64,000 bases of DNA from an uncultured Anaerolineales bacterium (GCA_964481465.1 CAYZTL010000008.1:78663-142662), one strand, 5' to 3'; positions 1 through 11,249 are shown, counted from the stretch's first letter. Notes: generated by a model not told the origin, from the letters alone. Translations and numbers: made by a program.

Positions 1-1
1 C

Positions 2-373
2 TCCGGGTCCGTTCCCTCCATGTATACAGGGTTGAATCAATTCGATGAGACAGTTCCTCGGATGTTGAAGACCGACACGCCGTTCGCCAAACATTTGCGA
101 AAGGGGGTGGAGATATTAAACGAGAAGGCTGTCCCCTCAGAGGTGAAGATCAGGCATGGGGTGCCTGTGGAGGAGATCGTTCGCGAAGCCCAACTTGAGA
201 ATTATGACCTCGTCATCGTTGGGGCCAGTGGTGTGAAAAACGGCATCAAAGGGCGTTTGTTGGGTAACCTGACCACGAAAATCATCGATCAGGTCAAGCT
301 GCCTGTTTTGGTTGTCGGCGACCGGTCCCTTAATTCATCCCATCAGGGTGGGAGTGAGGGGTCTGACATTTGA
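2..373 (+). CDS. Universal stress protein (UspA family), C-terminal part. The frame is open to the window edge, so the gene is 5'-truncated.
   Basis: C-terminal USP signature 'DLVIVGASGVKNGIKGRLLGNLTTKIIDQVKLPVLVV'. There is no stop between position 2 and the ATG at 20. Confidence 0.7.
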   Translation, partial: SGSVPSMYTGLNQFDETVPRMLKTDTPFAKHLRKGVEILNEKAVPSEVKIRHGVPVEEIVREAQLENYDLVIVGASGVKNGIKGRLLGNLTTKIIDQVKLPVLVVGDRSLNSSHQGGSEGSDI

Positions 374-463
374 AATCCCTCGCGCTTATGTTATGATATG
401 CAGTCGGTCGAGGATATGAAGAAATCATTGTTATCAGTGTGGATAAAGATGTGAATGAAATAA

Positions 464-2227
<1,764 letters not shown>

Positions 2228-2299
2228 AGACCGGGGGATTGCGGGCGGATCTTCATGTGATTCTCTCTCTTTTGATCCGAACTTGTCTTGGAGAATGCT

Positions 2300-3121
2300 A
2301 TGAAGAAGGTTGGCGATTTATTTGACCTAAGCGATCGGACAGCTTTAGTGACAGGTGGAGCTGGATTCCTTGGGCAGCACTTCTGTGCAGCGCTGTCCGA
2401 GGCTGGAGCCAACGTGGTTGTGGCGGATATTGACCACAAAACTGCGCTTGATTTTGCAAAGGACCTCGAATCCAGGCTGGGACCCGCTGCTGGTGTAGGG
2501 GTGGATATCGCTGATCCGGAATCTGTCCGGGAAATGGTGGATTTTACCTTAGACCAATTTGGGCGATTAGATATCCTGGTCAATTCAGCGGCTTTGGATC
2601 CAAAATTTGACAGCCAGAGCGCCTCTAAGCACGTCTCTTCTTTTGAGGATTTTCCCCTCCAGGCCTGGCAGAACGCCATGGATGTCAATCTTACGGGTAT
2701 GTTTTTAGCCTGCCAGGCAGCAGCGAAGGTCATGAAAGAGCGCGGCAAAGGGTCTTTGATCAATATTTGCTCCACTTACGGCATTACGGGACCGGATCAG
2801 CGGCTTTATGAATCTCTTGGAGAACCCCGGAAATACAAGCCGGTCTATTACACAGTCAGTAAAGCCGGGGTCCTGGGCTTGACGCGCTACATCGCCACAT
2901 ATTACGCAGGTACGCAGATCCGTTGTAACGCGCTCACGCCTGGCGGAGTGGAGCACGGTCATGCTCCTGCCTTTAAAGAAGCCTACGCGAGCAGGACGGT
3001 TCTGGGGCGGATGGCTTACCCGCACGAAATGAAGGGAGCCATCGTCTTTCTGGCATCGGAGGCTTCCAGTTACATGACCGGGGCAAACCTGGTTGTGGAT
3101 GGAGGTTGGACAGCATGGTAG
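2300..3121 (+). CDS. Short-chain dehydrogenase/reductase (SDR)
   Basis: 'VTGGAGFLG' Rossmann motif and 'YTVSKAG' catalytic YxxxK. The track start at 2288 is TTG. The ATG at 2300 has GGAG about 8 nt upstream. Confidence 0.8.
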   Translation: MKKVGDLFDLSDRTALVTGGAGFLGQHFCAALSEAGANVVVADIDHKTALDFAKDLESRLGPAAGVGVDIADPESVREMVDFTLDQFGRLDILVNSAALDPKFDSQSASKHVSSFEDFPLQAWQNAMDVNLTGMFLACQAAAKVMKERGKGSLINICSTYGITGPDQRLYESLGEPRKYKPVYYTVSKAGVLGLTRYIATYYAGTQIRCNALTPGGVEHGHAPAFKEAYASRTVLGRMAYPHEMKGAIVFLASEASSYMTGANLVVDGGWTAW

Positions 3122-4320
3122 AAGTTTTATCCCTCATCCCGGCCAGGGGTGGGTCCAAAAGCATTCCCCGCAAAAATATCAAATCCTTGGGGGGACACCC
3201 CTTGATTGCGTATAGTATATATGCGGCGTTGCAGGCGACAACTGTGGACAGGACAGTGGTCTCCACGGATGATCGGGAAATCGCGGAGATTGCCCGTTCG
3301 TATGGTGCGGAAGTCCCCTTTTTGAGACCCGCGAAGTATGCCCAAGATGACACCCTGGACCTTCCCGTCTTCCAGCATGCCCTCGGTTGGTTGGCAAAGG
3401 AGGAAAGCTACCAGCCTGACGTGGTCATTCAGCTCCGGCCCACGAGTCCATTCCGCCCCCCGGGGTTGGTGGATGAAGCGGTGCAGGTCTTCCTGGACCA
3501 TCCGGAGGCATCATCGGTTCGAGGGATTGTGCCCTCCAAACAAAATCCCTATAAAATGTGGCGGATAGGACAGCAGGGCAGGATCGTTCCGCTGCTGGAG
3601 ACGGATTTTGAAGAGCCTTATAATATGCCCCGGCAGGATCTACCGGATACCTACTGGCAAACCGGACATATCGATGTCATCGCCGCAGAGACGATCCTGG
3701 ACGGGTCCATGAGCGGTCCTCGGATATTTCCCTGTCACATCGATCCTCGGTTCACTGTGGATTTGGACACTCCCTTAGATTGGAAACTGGCTGAATGGCG
3801 TTTGCAGACTCTGCGCGAGGAGATCGTCTGTCCTCCTCTGGAAAAGCGTTTCTCCTTCCAGGGAATCAAACTGGTCGTGCTGGATTTTGACGGGGTGATG
3901 ACTGATAATCGGGTTTATGTCGATCAGCGTGGCGAAGAATCCGTAGCAGCCCATCGCGGGGACGGGATGGGCATCTCCCTTCTCAAAAAAGCGGGCGTTG
4001 AAGTGATCATCCTTTCCACTGAGAAGAACCCGGTCGTAACAGCCCGGGCTAAAAAGCTGCAAATCCCAGTCCAGCAGGGGATTGAAGAAAAAGGGGTGGC
4101 ATTGAAAGCCCTTTTAGCGGAGAAAGAGATCCCAGCCCACCAGGTGGTTTATTTGGGGAACGATATCAATGATCTGCCTTGCTTTTCCCTGGTTGGCACG
4201 GCAGCTGCAGTGGCAGATGCCCATCCGGCGGTACGTCAAAAAGCAGATTTGATATTAGAAACAGCGGGGGGAGCGGGAGCCGTGCGAGAGTTAGCGGACA
4301 TGATCCTGGCGGGTAAATAA
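3115..4320 (+). CDS. Fusion of a NeuA-type cytidylyltransferase (CMP-nonulosonate synthetase-like) with a KdsC-like HAD phosphatase
   Basis: N-terminal 'IPARGGSKSIPRKNI...GHPLIAYSI' is the acylneuraminate cytidylyltransferase signature. C-terminal 'LVVLDFDGVMTDNRV' is HAD motif I (DxD), with 'GNDINDL' as motif IV. The ATG at 3115 overlaps the upstream stop (ATGGTAG). Confidence 0.8.
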   Translation: MVEVLSLIPARGGSKSIPRKNIKSLGGHPLIAYSIYAALQATTVDRTVVSTDDREIAEIARSYGAEVPFLRPAKYAQDDTLDLPVFQHALGWLAKEESYQPDVVIQLRPTSPFRPPGLVDEAVQVFLDHPEASSVRGIVPSKQNPYKMWRIGQQGRIVPLLETDFEEPYNMPRQDLPDTYWQTGHIDVIAAETILDGSMSGPRIFPCHIDPRFTVDLDTPLDWKLAEWRLQTLREEIVCPPLEKRFSFQGIKLVVLDFDGVMTDNRVYVDQRGEESVAAHRGDGMGISLLKKAGVEVIILSTEKNPVVTARAKKLQIPVQQGIEEKGVALKALLAEKEIPAHQVVYLGNDINDLPCFSLVGTAAAVADAHPAVRQKADLILETAGGAGAVRELADMILAGK

Positions 4321-4353
4321 ATATACGTATCAAAGCATGGGGAGGGTTCATTC

Positions 4354-5259
4354 ATGAAACGGGAAATCAAGTTGGGGGATCGTTGGGTAGGGGAGGGGCA
4401 TCCGACATATATCATCGCGGAGATTGGCATCAATCACAACGGGGATGTGGAGATTGCCAAACAGCTGATTGACGCTGCAGCGGAAGCAGGTTGCGATGCG
4501 GTTAAATTTCAGAAGCGGACGCCCGAACTTTGCGTACCGGAAGAGCAACGGGATAAAATGCGCCATACTCCCTGGGGGTATATCAGTTACATGGAGTACC
4601 GCGACCGGGTGGAATTTGGGTTGGACGAGTATACAGAAATCACGGACTATTGTCTAGCAAAGGACATTGACTGGTTTGCCTCCTCATGGGATCAACCTTC
4701 CGTGGATTTTTTGGAGCAGTTTGACCCCATCGCCCACAAAGTACCCTCTGCGCTGCTCACGGATTCCGCTTTGTTAAGGAAATTGAAAGAACAGGGGCGT
4801 CCAATTATTCTCTCCACCGGGATGTCGGAGATGGAACAGATCAAAGCCGCAGTCGATATATTGGGTACAGATGATCTCGTCATCGCCCACTGCACGAGCA
4901 CATATCCCTGTCCGCCAAAACAGCTCAACCTGCGGATGATCCAAACCTTACGGGATATGTATCCATGTCCGATCGGGTATTCTGGTCACGAAGTGGGGTT
5001 GCCCACAACCGTAGCTGCGGTGACTTTAGGGGCTTCTGTGGTGGAGCGCCACATCACGTTGGATCGCGCGATGTGGGGGTCCGACCAGGCTGCTTCCGTG
5101 GAACCTGGAGGGGTTCGTCGCTTGGTGAAGTACATACGGGTCGTTGAAGAGGCGTTGGGAGATGGGGTGAAAACGGTGTATGAGAGCGAGATGCCCAGCT
5201 TGGAGAAATTACGGCGAAGAAATACGTTACCTGTTCGGGGACGGTACAAGAAGGATTGA
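4354..5259 (+). CDS. NeuB-family nonulosonic acid (9-phosphate?) synthase lacking the C-terminal SAF domain
   Basis: 'YIIAEIGINHNGDVEIAKQLIDAAAEAGCDAVKFQ' and 'YSGHEVG' are typical of NeuB/PseI/LegI-type PEP condensing enzymes. It is only 301 aa and ends where the SAF/antifreeze-like domain normally begins. Confidence 0.8.
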   Translation: MKREIKLGDRWVGEGHPTYIIAEIGINHNGDVEIAKQLIDAAAEAGCDAVKFQKRTPELCVPEEQRDKMRHTPWGYISYMEYRDRVEFGLDEYTEITDYCLAKDIDWFASSWDQPSVDFLEQFDPIAHKVPSALLTDSALLRKLKEQGRPIILSTGMSEMEQIKAAVDILGTDDLVIAHCTSTYPCPPKQLNLRMIQTLRDMYPCPIGYSGHEVGLPTTVAAVTLGASVVERHITLDRAMWGSDQAASVEPGGVRRLVKYIRVVEEALGDGVKTVYESEMPSLEKLRRRNTLPVRGRYKKD

Positions 5260-5378
5260 TCGAGATGGTGACAGCTGCGGATGAGGTGCTAGATAAAGAC
5301 CACATCATGGTTTAGTATAGGGTATCGATGCTCATCCAATTCTTTGCGGGTTGATGGTCAGTTGAGCAAAAGGAGACG

Positions 5379-6983
5379 ATGTTCTCAGGGTTATTCAAGA
5401 AACTCGAACGGGGATTGGTGAACCTCCGCCTTTCTTGGCGCATTTTTCGCTTAACTCGGAAGGTTAAAGCCCATTCACAAACCAACGAAGAGGAAAATCC
5501 GGTCGTTTTTTTCAATGCTTCCACTCGGTTGTGGGGTTTGAATTTAAATGCCGCCTTTGCCATGCTTTCCAGTTGGGCTGTCCAATTAAGCGGTAGGCAG
5601 GTGTATCATTTTGGTTGTTCCTCGGGAATGGGCCAATGTGTATTGGGGGCTGGTGTGGGTGACCCGAGAGATCCTCCACCCTGTCAGGATTGTATTGGTT
5701 ACACACGGCGGTTTACAGGAGCGGCTCCAACCGTCTGGTTCGAATACCGGGAGGATCCCGAGCTTCGGGACCATTTGGAAGGAAAAACCATCTCTGAATT
5801 GAAGGAAGTGAAATATCAGGGTCGACCGCTGGGCCGGCTGGTGCTGCCCAGTTTGCGTTGGATCCTCCGCCGGCACCATCTGGAAGACAATCAGGTGACC
5901 CATTATCTCTTCCGTGAGTTCATCCTTTCAGCGCACAATGTAGCTGAAAAATTCCATGATTTCCTAGAGGAAGTCCATCCAGAGGTTGTGGTTGTGTTCA
6001 ACGGCTTGCAATATCCGGAAGCTGCTGTTCGCTATGTCGCGGAGCAAAAGGGAATTCGGGTCATTACCCATGAAGTGAACTTACAACCTTATTCTGCCTT
6101 CTTTACAGAGGGGCAGGCTACGATATATCCCCTGGACATACCGGAAGATTTTCAGCTGTCGAAAAAACAGAATCAGAGATTGGATCGCTATCTGCAAAAG
6201 CGGTTCCAGGGCGATTTCACCATGGCTGGGATCAAGTTCTGGTCATCTATGACTCGCCTTCCTGATGCGTTCCTGCAATTTGCTGGAAAATTTGAAAATC
6301 TGGTTCCGGTTTTTACCAATGTGGTCTTTGACACCAGCCAGGTGCATGCCAATACGATCTTTCCGCATATGTTCGCCTGGCTGGATGTGGTCCTTGAGAT
6401 TGCTGAAGGTTACCCGGACATTTTATTTGTCATTCGGGCGCATCCGGATGAAATGCGGAAGGGGAAAGAAAGCCAGGAAAGCGTCGCTGCCTGGGCGGAA
6501 GACCACCAGATTAACGCCATACCGAATGTCCACTTTGTCCCATCCCAGGAACCGATCAGCTCCTATGAGCTCATCCACCGCTCAAAATTCACCATGGTTT
6601 ATAACTCATCTATCGGTTTGGAAGCCACCCTGTTGGGGGTTCCGGTGTTGTGTGCGGGAAAGGCCCGTTATACCCAATACCCGACGGTTTTTTACCCTTC
6701 CAATCAAGCGGAGTATGAGGAGTTATTCCTGTCCTTCTTGGACGAAGAGGATATTGAAGTCCCCCAGGAATTCGTGGAGAATGCCCGCAGGTTTTTGTAC
6801 TATCAGCTGTACAAAGCCTCCTTGCCATTCGCTGATTTTCTGATGGACCACCCCACTCCCGGATATGTCCAATTGGGCAATTTTTCGTGGAAATCACTCT
6901 GCCCTGGGAATTCAGCTGTGATGGACGTTGTGGTCAGTGGCATATTGGATGGGAAGGCGTTCGTTATGGAGGACGATCTCTGA
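5379..6983 (+). CDS. Putative GT-B glycosyltransferase of the capsule-synthesis (KpsS/KpsC-like) or sialyltransferase-like type
   Basis: 'FVIRAHPDE' (HP motif) and 'YNSSIGLEATLLGVPVL' resemble motifs I recall from CMP-ulosonic-acid dependent transferases. The N-terminus has a Cys-rich stretch 'CSSGMGQC...PPPCQDC'. The assignment rests on memory only. Confidence 0.45.
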   Translation: MFSGLFKKLERGLVNLRLSWRIFRLTRKVKAHSQTNEEENPVVFFNASTRLWGLNLNAAFAMLSSWAVQLSGRQVYHFGCSSGMGQCVLGAGVGDPRDPPPCQDCIGYTRRFTGAAPTVWFEYREDPELRDHLEGKTISELKEVKYQGRPLGRLVLPSLRWILRRHHLEDNQVTHYLFREFILSAHNVAEKFHDFLEEVHPEVVVVFNGLQYPEAAVRYVAEQKGIRVITHEVNLQPYSAFFTEGQATIYPLDIPEDFQLSKKQNQRLDRYLQKRFQGDFTMAGIKFWSSMTRLPDAFLQFAGKFENLVPVFTNVVFDTSQVHANTIFPHMFAWLDVVLEIAEGYPDILFVIRAHPDEMRKGKESQESVAAWAEDHQINAIPNVHFVPSQEPISSYELIHRSKFTMVYNSSIGLEATLLGVPVLCAGKARYTQYPTVFYPSNQAEYEELFLSFLDEEDIEVPQEFVENARRFLYYQLYKASLPFADFLMDHPTPGYVQLGNFSWKSLCPGNSAVMDVVVSGILDGKAFVMEDDL

Positions 6984-7849
6984 TGAGGGTTTACTATTCA
7001 ATCAAGCGCTTCCTTAAATTGATACGCCTTGAAATACGACGCCAACGGGCGATTAACCGCTGGGGGAAGGAAGCTTTTCTCAATGCGCCTCCTGTTTTGG
7101 GCACGGCCCTTCCCAAAGGAGGTTCCCACCTTCTGATCCAGGTTCTGCGTGGATTGGTGGAGATCGGTCCCTTTGTGGATCCGGGATTTCCACCTGTGAA
7201 TAGATTTGAAGGCAATACCCCTATTTCTGAAAGGGAGACGGTAAATGAGATCAAGCGCATGCGATCCGGTGAAATTCGTTATGGGTATGCGCCCTGTCGG
7301 GAACCCTATCTCTCTGTGATGACTGCGCCAGGGCGGGCAACGGTGTTTCTTTTTCGCGATCCCCGGGATCTGGTGGTCTCCCACGTCTTTTATGCTATAG
7401 ACATTCACGAAGGGCATGGCATGCATGATTATTACAATAATCAGCTGCAATCGATGGAAGAACGCTTAAATGTCGCTATTGAAGGGTGCGATATCCCCGG
7501 TTTGGAATTGCCCAGTGTGTGGGAGAGGTATGAAGATCGGTTGGGGTGGTTTGAGGAAGAAGATGTGCTTTGTATTCGTTTTGAGGATCTCATATTAAAT
7601 CGGGAGGAGCCCATAGGTGATATTCTGGACTATCTAAACGGGTTTGGCGTTAAGTTCGCTGTCTCCCGTGAGGAAGCGATTCAAACCCTGGGAAATGCGA
7701 TTAAACCCCAGAAGTCTGGTACATTTCGGAAAGGGGAACCTGGAAATTGGAAGGAGCACTTCACTCCCGAGAATAAAGCGCGCTTTAAAGCGGTCGCAGG
7801 GAATTTACTGACCAGGTTAGGTTACGAAGAAGACGACCAGAATTGGTAG
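6983..7849 (+). CDS. Sulfotransferase family protein (no. 1)
   Basis: 5'-PSB-like loop 'LPKGGSHLL' and 3'-PB motif 'FRDPRDLVVS'. The ATG at 6983 overlaps the upstream TGA (TGATG). The track ORF begins earlier, at 6887, inside the previous gene. Confidence 0.75.
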   Translation: MRVYYSIKRFLKLIRLEIRRQRAINRWGKEAFLNAPPVLGTALPKGGSHLLIQVLRGLVEIGPFVDPGFPPVNRFEGNTPISERETVNEIKRMRSGEIRYGYAPCREPYLSVMTAPGRATVFLFRDPRDLVVSHVFYAIDIHEGHGMHDYYNNQLQSMEERLNVAIEGCDIPGLELPSVWERYEDRLGWFEEEDVLCIRFEDLILNREEPIGDILDYLNGFGVKFAVSREEAIQTLGNAIKPQKSGTFRKGEPGNWKEHFTPENKARFKAVAGNLLTRLGYEEDDQNW

Positions 7850-8836
7850 ATGATGGATATGAATGACAAGCATAAGAGTTCCAGACCGAAATGTTCCATT
7901 GTCATCCGCGCCTTCAACGAAGAGGAACACATCGGGCGTTTGCTGGAAGGGATCACGAAGCAGACCATGGAAGACTGGGAGATCATCTTGGTCGACTCGG
8001 GTTCAACGGATGCCACAAGGGCGATTGCCTCGCGTTATCCCGTTCGCATCGTTTCCATCGATCCGGACAAATTCACATTTGGTCGTTCTTTGAATACAGG
8101 CATTGAATATGCCCGGGGGGAGATCGTGGTCATGATCAGCGCGCATTGTTATCCGGTTTACCCCGATTGGCTGGAGCAGTTGATCGCGCCCTTAGATGAT
8201 CCAGATATCGCGGTTAGTTACGGTAAACAGCGGGGGAGAAAAACCAACCACTATTCAGAGCACCAATTTTTCCGTCATTATTTTCCAGAGAGCAGCCAAT
8301 CCAAACAAGGACAACCGTATACCCATAATGCCAATGCTGCCATCAAACGCTCCCTGTGGGAAATCCATCCGTATAATGAAAATTTGACGGGATTAGAAGA
8401 CATCGCTTGGAGCAGTTGGGCTAAGGAAGAGGGATATGAAATATCTTATGTGGCGGAAGCAGAAGTTGTCCATATCCATGACGAGAAGCCATCTCAAATA
8501 TACAATCGCTATCGTCGAGAAGCGATCGCCTTGAAACAGATCTTGCCTGACAGTCGATTTACCCTGTGGGATTTCTTAAGCATGTGGTTCCACAAATCAT
8601 TCTCCGATATGGCCCAAGCGTATCGCGATCGCGTGTTGAGAAAGGAGTGGCTTGACATCCTGTGGTTCCGTTTCTTGCAATATTGGGGAACGTGGCGGGG
8701 ATATCGATATTCGGGGAAGATAGATATGCAACTCCATAAAAAATTCTATTATCCCCCCCACATCCTTTCCGGGAAAATACCCGACTCGCGTTCCGTTAAA
8801 CCTATTGAATACAAGGCGGGAGTGGAAAAGGAATGA
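7850..8836 (+). CDS. Glycosyltransferase family 2
   Basis: 'CSIVIRAFNEEEHIGRLLEGITKQT...EIILVDSGSTD' GT-A fold N-terminus with a DxD-like 'LEDI'. The start abuts the upstream stop (TAGATG). Confidence 0.8.
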   Translation: MMDMNDKHKSSRPKCSIVIRAFNEEEHIGRLLEGITKQTMEDWEIILVDSGSTDATRAIASRYPVRIVSIDPDKFTFGRSLNTGIEYARGEIVVMISAHCYPVYPDWLEQLIAPLDDPDIAVSYGKQRGRKTNHYSEHQFFRHYFPESSQSKQGQPYTHNANAAIKRSLWEIHPYNENLTGLEDIAWSSWAKEEGYEISYVAEAEVVHIHDEKPSQIYNRYRREAIALKQILPDSRFTLWDFLSMWFHKSFSDMAQAYRDRVLRKEWLDILWFRFLQYWGTWRGYRYSGKIDMQLHKKFYYPPHILSGKIPDSRSVKPIEYKAGVEKE

Positions 8837-9516
8837 CCATCTCTATGTTTAAAATCACCGCGTTAGTTCCCATGCGCCATCATTCCCAACGTGTTCCTGG
8901 AAAGAACTATCGTCCCCTGGGGGGGAAACCCCTATTCCACCATATCATCTCAACCCTGCAGGCGGTGCCTGAGATTGGGGAGATTATCGTGGATACGGAT
9001 AGTCCCGTCATAAAAGAAGGGTTATTAACCCATTTCCCCTCGGTAACGGTCTTCGATCGTCCTGATCAATTATGCGGCGATGCGACTTCCATGAACGAGA
9101 TCATCGCCTACGATGTATCCCAGCGCGAATCCGAGTTCTTCCTGCAAACCCACAGCACAAATCCTTTCTTGAAAGCGGAAACGATCTCTCGTGCTGTTGA
9201 AACGTTTAGAGACACATATCCTAAGTGTGATTCCCTATTCTCTGTGACGCGTATATACACCCGTTTGTGGGATGGTGACGCAAGGGCGATTAACCATGAC
9301 CCTTCTGAGCTGATTCAGACGCAAAATTTGCCGCCTATTTATGAAGAAAACTCCTGTTTGTATATTTTCTCGAAAAAGGACTTTCTGAAACAGCGGCATA
9401 GGATAGGAGAAAATCCCCTCATGTTTGAAATAGATCGACAAGAAGCCTGGGATATTGATACCGAGTTGGATTTTGAGATTGTTTCCTGTTTGATGGAACG
9501 AGAACGAAGAGAGTGA
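8833..9516 (+). CDS. Second NeuA-family cytidylyltransferase
   Basis: 'ALVPMRHHSQRVPGKNYRPLGGKPLFHHII...VDTDS'. ATGA overlap with the upstream gene. Confidence 0.7.
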   Translation: MTISMFKITALVPMRHHSQRVPGKNYRPLGGKPLFHHIISTLQAVPEIGEIIVDTDSPVIKEGLLTHFPSVTVFDRPDQLCGDATSMNEIIAYDVSQRESEFFLQTHSTNPFLKAETISRAVETFRDTYPKCDSLFSVTRIYTRLWDGDARAINHDPSELIQTQNLPPIYEENSCLYIFSKKDFLKQRHRIGENPLMFEIDRQEAWDIDTELDFEIVSCLMERERRE

Positions 9517-9519
9517 CCA

Positions 9520-10482
9520 ATGAAAACCGTCCTACTGACAGCCCCCTATATGCAGCCCGAAGCGGATCGTTTCCTGCCCATCCTTGAGGAACATGGTTTG
9601 GAGGTGATTCTCCCGGATGTCGAAGAACGGCTGGAAGAGGAGGAATTGCTCCGGTTCGCGGGACAGTTCGACGGCACGATTTGCGGCGATGACCAGTACA
9701 CGGCCAGGGTCTTGGAAGCTTGTTCGCCCCCTTTGAAAGTGATCTCCAAATGGGGAACAGGCATTGATTCCATCGACCAGGAAGTGTGCGCTCGCTTAGG
9801 CATCATGATTGGAAACACACCGAATGCGTTTACTTTGCCGGTGGCGGATACTGTTTTGGGGTATATCCTCGCCTTTGCCCGAAATCAACCCTGGCTGGAT
9901 CGAGCTGTCAAAGCGGGGCAGTGGCGGAAGATTCAGGGGAGATCGCTCAGCGAATGTGTCCTTGGCGTCATTGGTGTGGGGAACATTGGAAAAGCTGTGC
10001 TCCGGCGGGCAGATACATTTGGGATGAAATTGTTGGGGAATGATATCCGGGAAATAGAGCCGGATTTCCTTGCTGAACACAATCTAAAGATGGCCCCACT
10101 GGATGAGTTATTATCATCGGCGGATTTTGTCAGCCTGAATTGTGATTTGAATCCGACCAGCTACCATTTGATTGACGAGAGGGCATTTTCGAAGATGAAA
10201 CCCGGGGCGTATCTCATCAACACCGCACGGGGTCCCATTATCGATGAGGGGGCATTGATCAACGCTTTGGAGGCGGGCCGGATAGCCGGGGCCGCTCTGG
10301 ATGTTTTTGAGCAGGAACCGCTTCCCGAACAGAGCCCACTCCGTTCATTTGATCAGGTCCTTCTTTCCCCTCACAATGCAAACTCGAGCCCTACAGCTTG
10401 GGAAAGGGTCCATTGGAATACCATTCGCAATCTCTTTGAAGGGTTAGGGATACCTGCCCATGATCTGAATGAGAAGGGATAA
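9520..10482 (+). CDS. D-isomer-specific 2-hydroxyacid dehydrogenase family (phosphoglycerate dehydrogenase-like)
   Basis: 'GVIGVGNIGKAV' NAD-binding motif, 'INTARGPIIDEGAL', and 'LLSPHNA' with the catalytic His. Confidence 0.8.
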   Translation: MKTVLLTAPYMQPEADRFLPILEEHGLEVILPDVEERLEEEELLRFAGQFDGTICGDDQYTARVLEACSPPLKVISKWGTGIDSIDQEVCARLGIMIGNTPNAFTLPVADTVLGYILAFARNQPWLDRAVKAGQWRKIQGRSLSECVLGVIGVGNIGKAVLRRADTFGMKLLGNDIREIEPDFLAEHNLKMAPLDELLSSADFVSLNCDLNPTSYHLIDERAFSKMKPGAYLINTARGPIIDEGALINALEAGRIAGAALDVFEQEPLPEQSPLRSFDQVLLSPHNANSSPTAWERVHWNTIRNLFEGLGIPAHDLNEKG

Positions 10483-10486
10483 TCTT

Positions 10487-11245
10487 ATGTCTCAAAAGAC
10501 GCTTTTAATCACGGGAGCAGCGGGGGGCATTGGCCGGGCCACGGTAGATTACTTTTCTTCCCAAGGTTGGAAAGTCATTGGGGTGGATCGATCGCCATAT
10601 AAGGACACGTTTCCAGATTCGGGGTTGCTCATACGAGCGGATGTGTCCATTCCCGATGAATGGGAGAGGATCATCGCGGAAGTGGCATCCTACACGGATC
10701 ATTTGGATGTTGTCGTCAATAATGCAGCCATTCAGATCACGAAACCGTTTTTAGAAACCACTATTGAAGAGTGGGATCGCGTGATGAATGCCAATCTTCG
10801 CGCGGTGTTTTTGTCCACAAAGAACACCCATCCTTTGCTGAAAGCCAAGGGTGGAGGAGCGATTGTCAATGTATCCTCCGTGCACGCGGTAGCTACATCA
10901 AAGGAAATCGCTTCCTATGCAGCAAGCAAGGGAGGGTTGTTGGCTCTCACGCGAGCTATGGCCATCGAGTTCGCGGATGATAACATTCGCGTCAATGCCA
11001 TCCTTCCCGGGGCAGTGGACACCGCGATGCTGCGGGCAGGAATGAATCGCGGTCATGCAGGTCAAGGGTCCATCAAGCAGCGGTTGGAAAACCTGGCTTC
11101 GAAAACGGTAAGCGGCAAGATCGGGAAACCAAGTGAAATTGCCAAAGCCATATATTTCTTGGCGGATGATACCCAATCCTCCTATATGACAGGACAATCG
11201 CTCATTGTTGACGGAGGGGCAACGGCAAAGTTAAGCACGGAATGA
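10487..11245 (+). CDS. Short-chain dehydrogenase/reductase (SDR)
   Basis: 'ITGAAGGIGRA', 'NNAA', 'SYAASKGG'. The ATG at 10487 follows GAGAAGGGA. The track start at 10469 lies inside the previous gene. Confidence 0.8.
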   Translation: MSQKTLLITGAAGGIGRATVDYFSSQGWKVIGVDRSPYKDTFPDSGLLIRADVSIPDEWERIIAEVASYTDHLDVVVNNAAIQITKPFLETTIEEWDRVMNANLRAVFLSTKNTHPLLKAKGGGAIVNVSSVHAVATSKEIASYAASKGGLLALTRAMAIEFADDNIRVNAILPGAVDTAMLRAGMNRGHAGQGSIKQRLENLASKTVSGKIGKPSEIAKAIYFLADDTQSSYMTGQSLIVDGGATAKLSTE

Positions 11246-11249
11246 CGTT

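Noticed and set aside
5220-5315. Possible frameshifted remnant of the missing NeuB SAF domain. The alternative frame after the neuB-like stop reads ...KYVTCSGTVQEGLIEMVTAADEVLDKDHIMV*.
   Set aside because: Only a vague resemblance to the start of SAF domains (xxGxxI pattern). The stretch is too short (about 30 aa) and lacks the KRPG-like core. It cannot be supported without an alignment.
5737-5748. A GGTTCGAATACC string resembling a tRNA T-arm.
   Set aside because: It lies inside a coding region (VWFEYRE), with no acceptor or anticodon stems around it. I found no tRNA-like cloverleaf anywhere in the intergenic regions I read.
6265-6843. A 192-aa alternative-frame ORF inside the 534-aa glycosyltransferase gene, and a similar one at 52329-52898 inside the AI-2E transporter gene.
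   Set aside because: Same-strand out-of-frame ORFs with Arg/Cys/Trp-rich composition. The main frames carry the conserved motifs, and there is no evidence of a frameshift.
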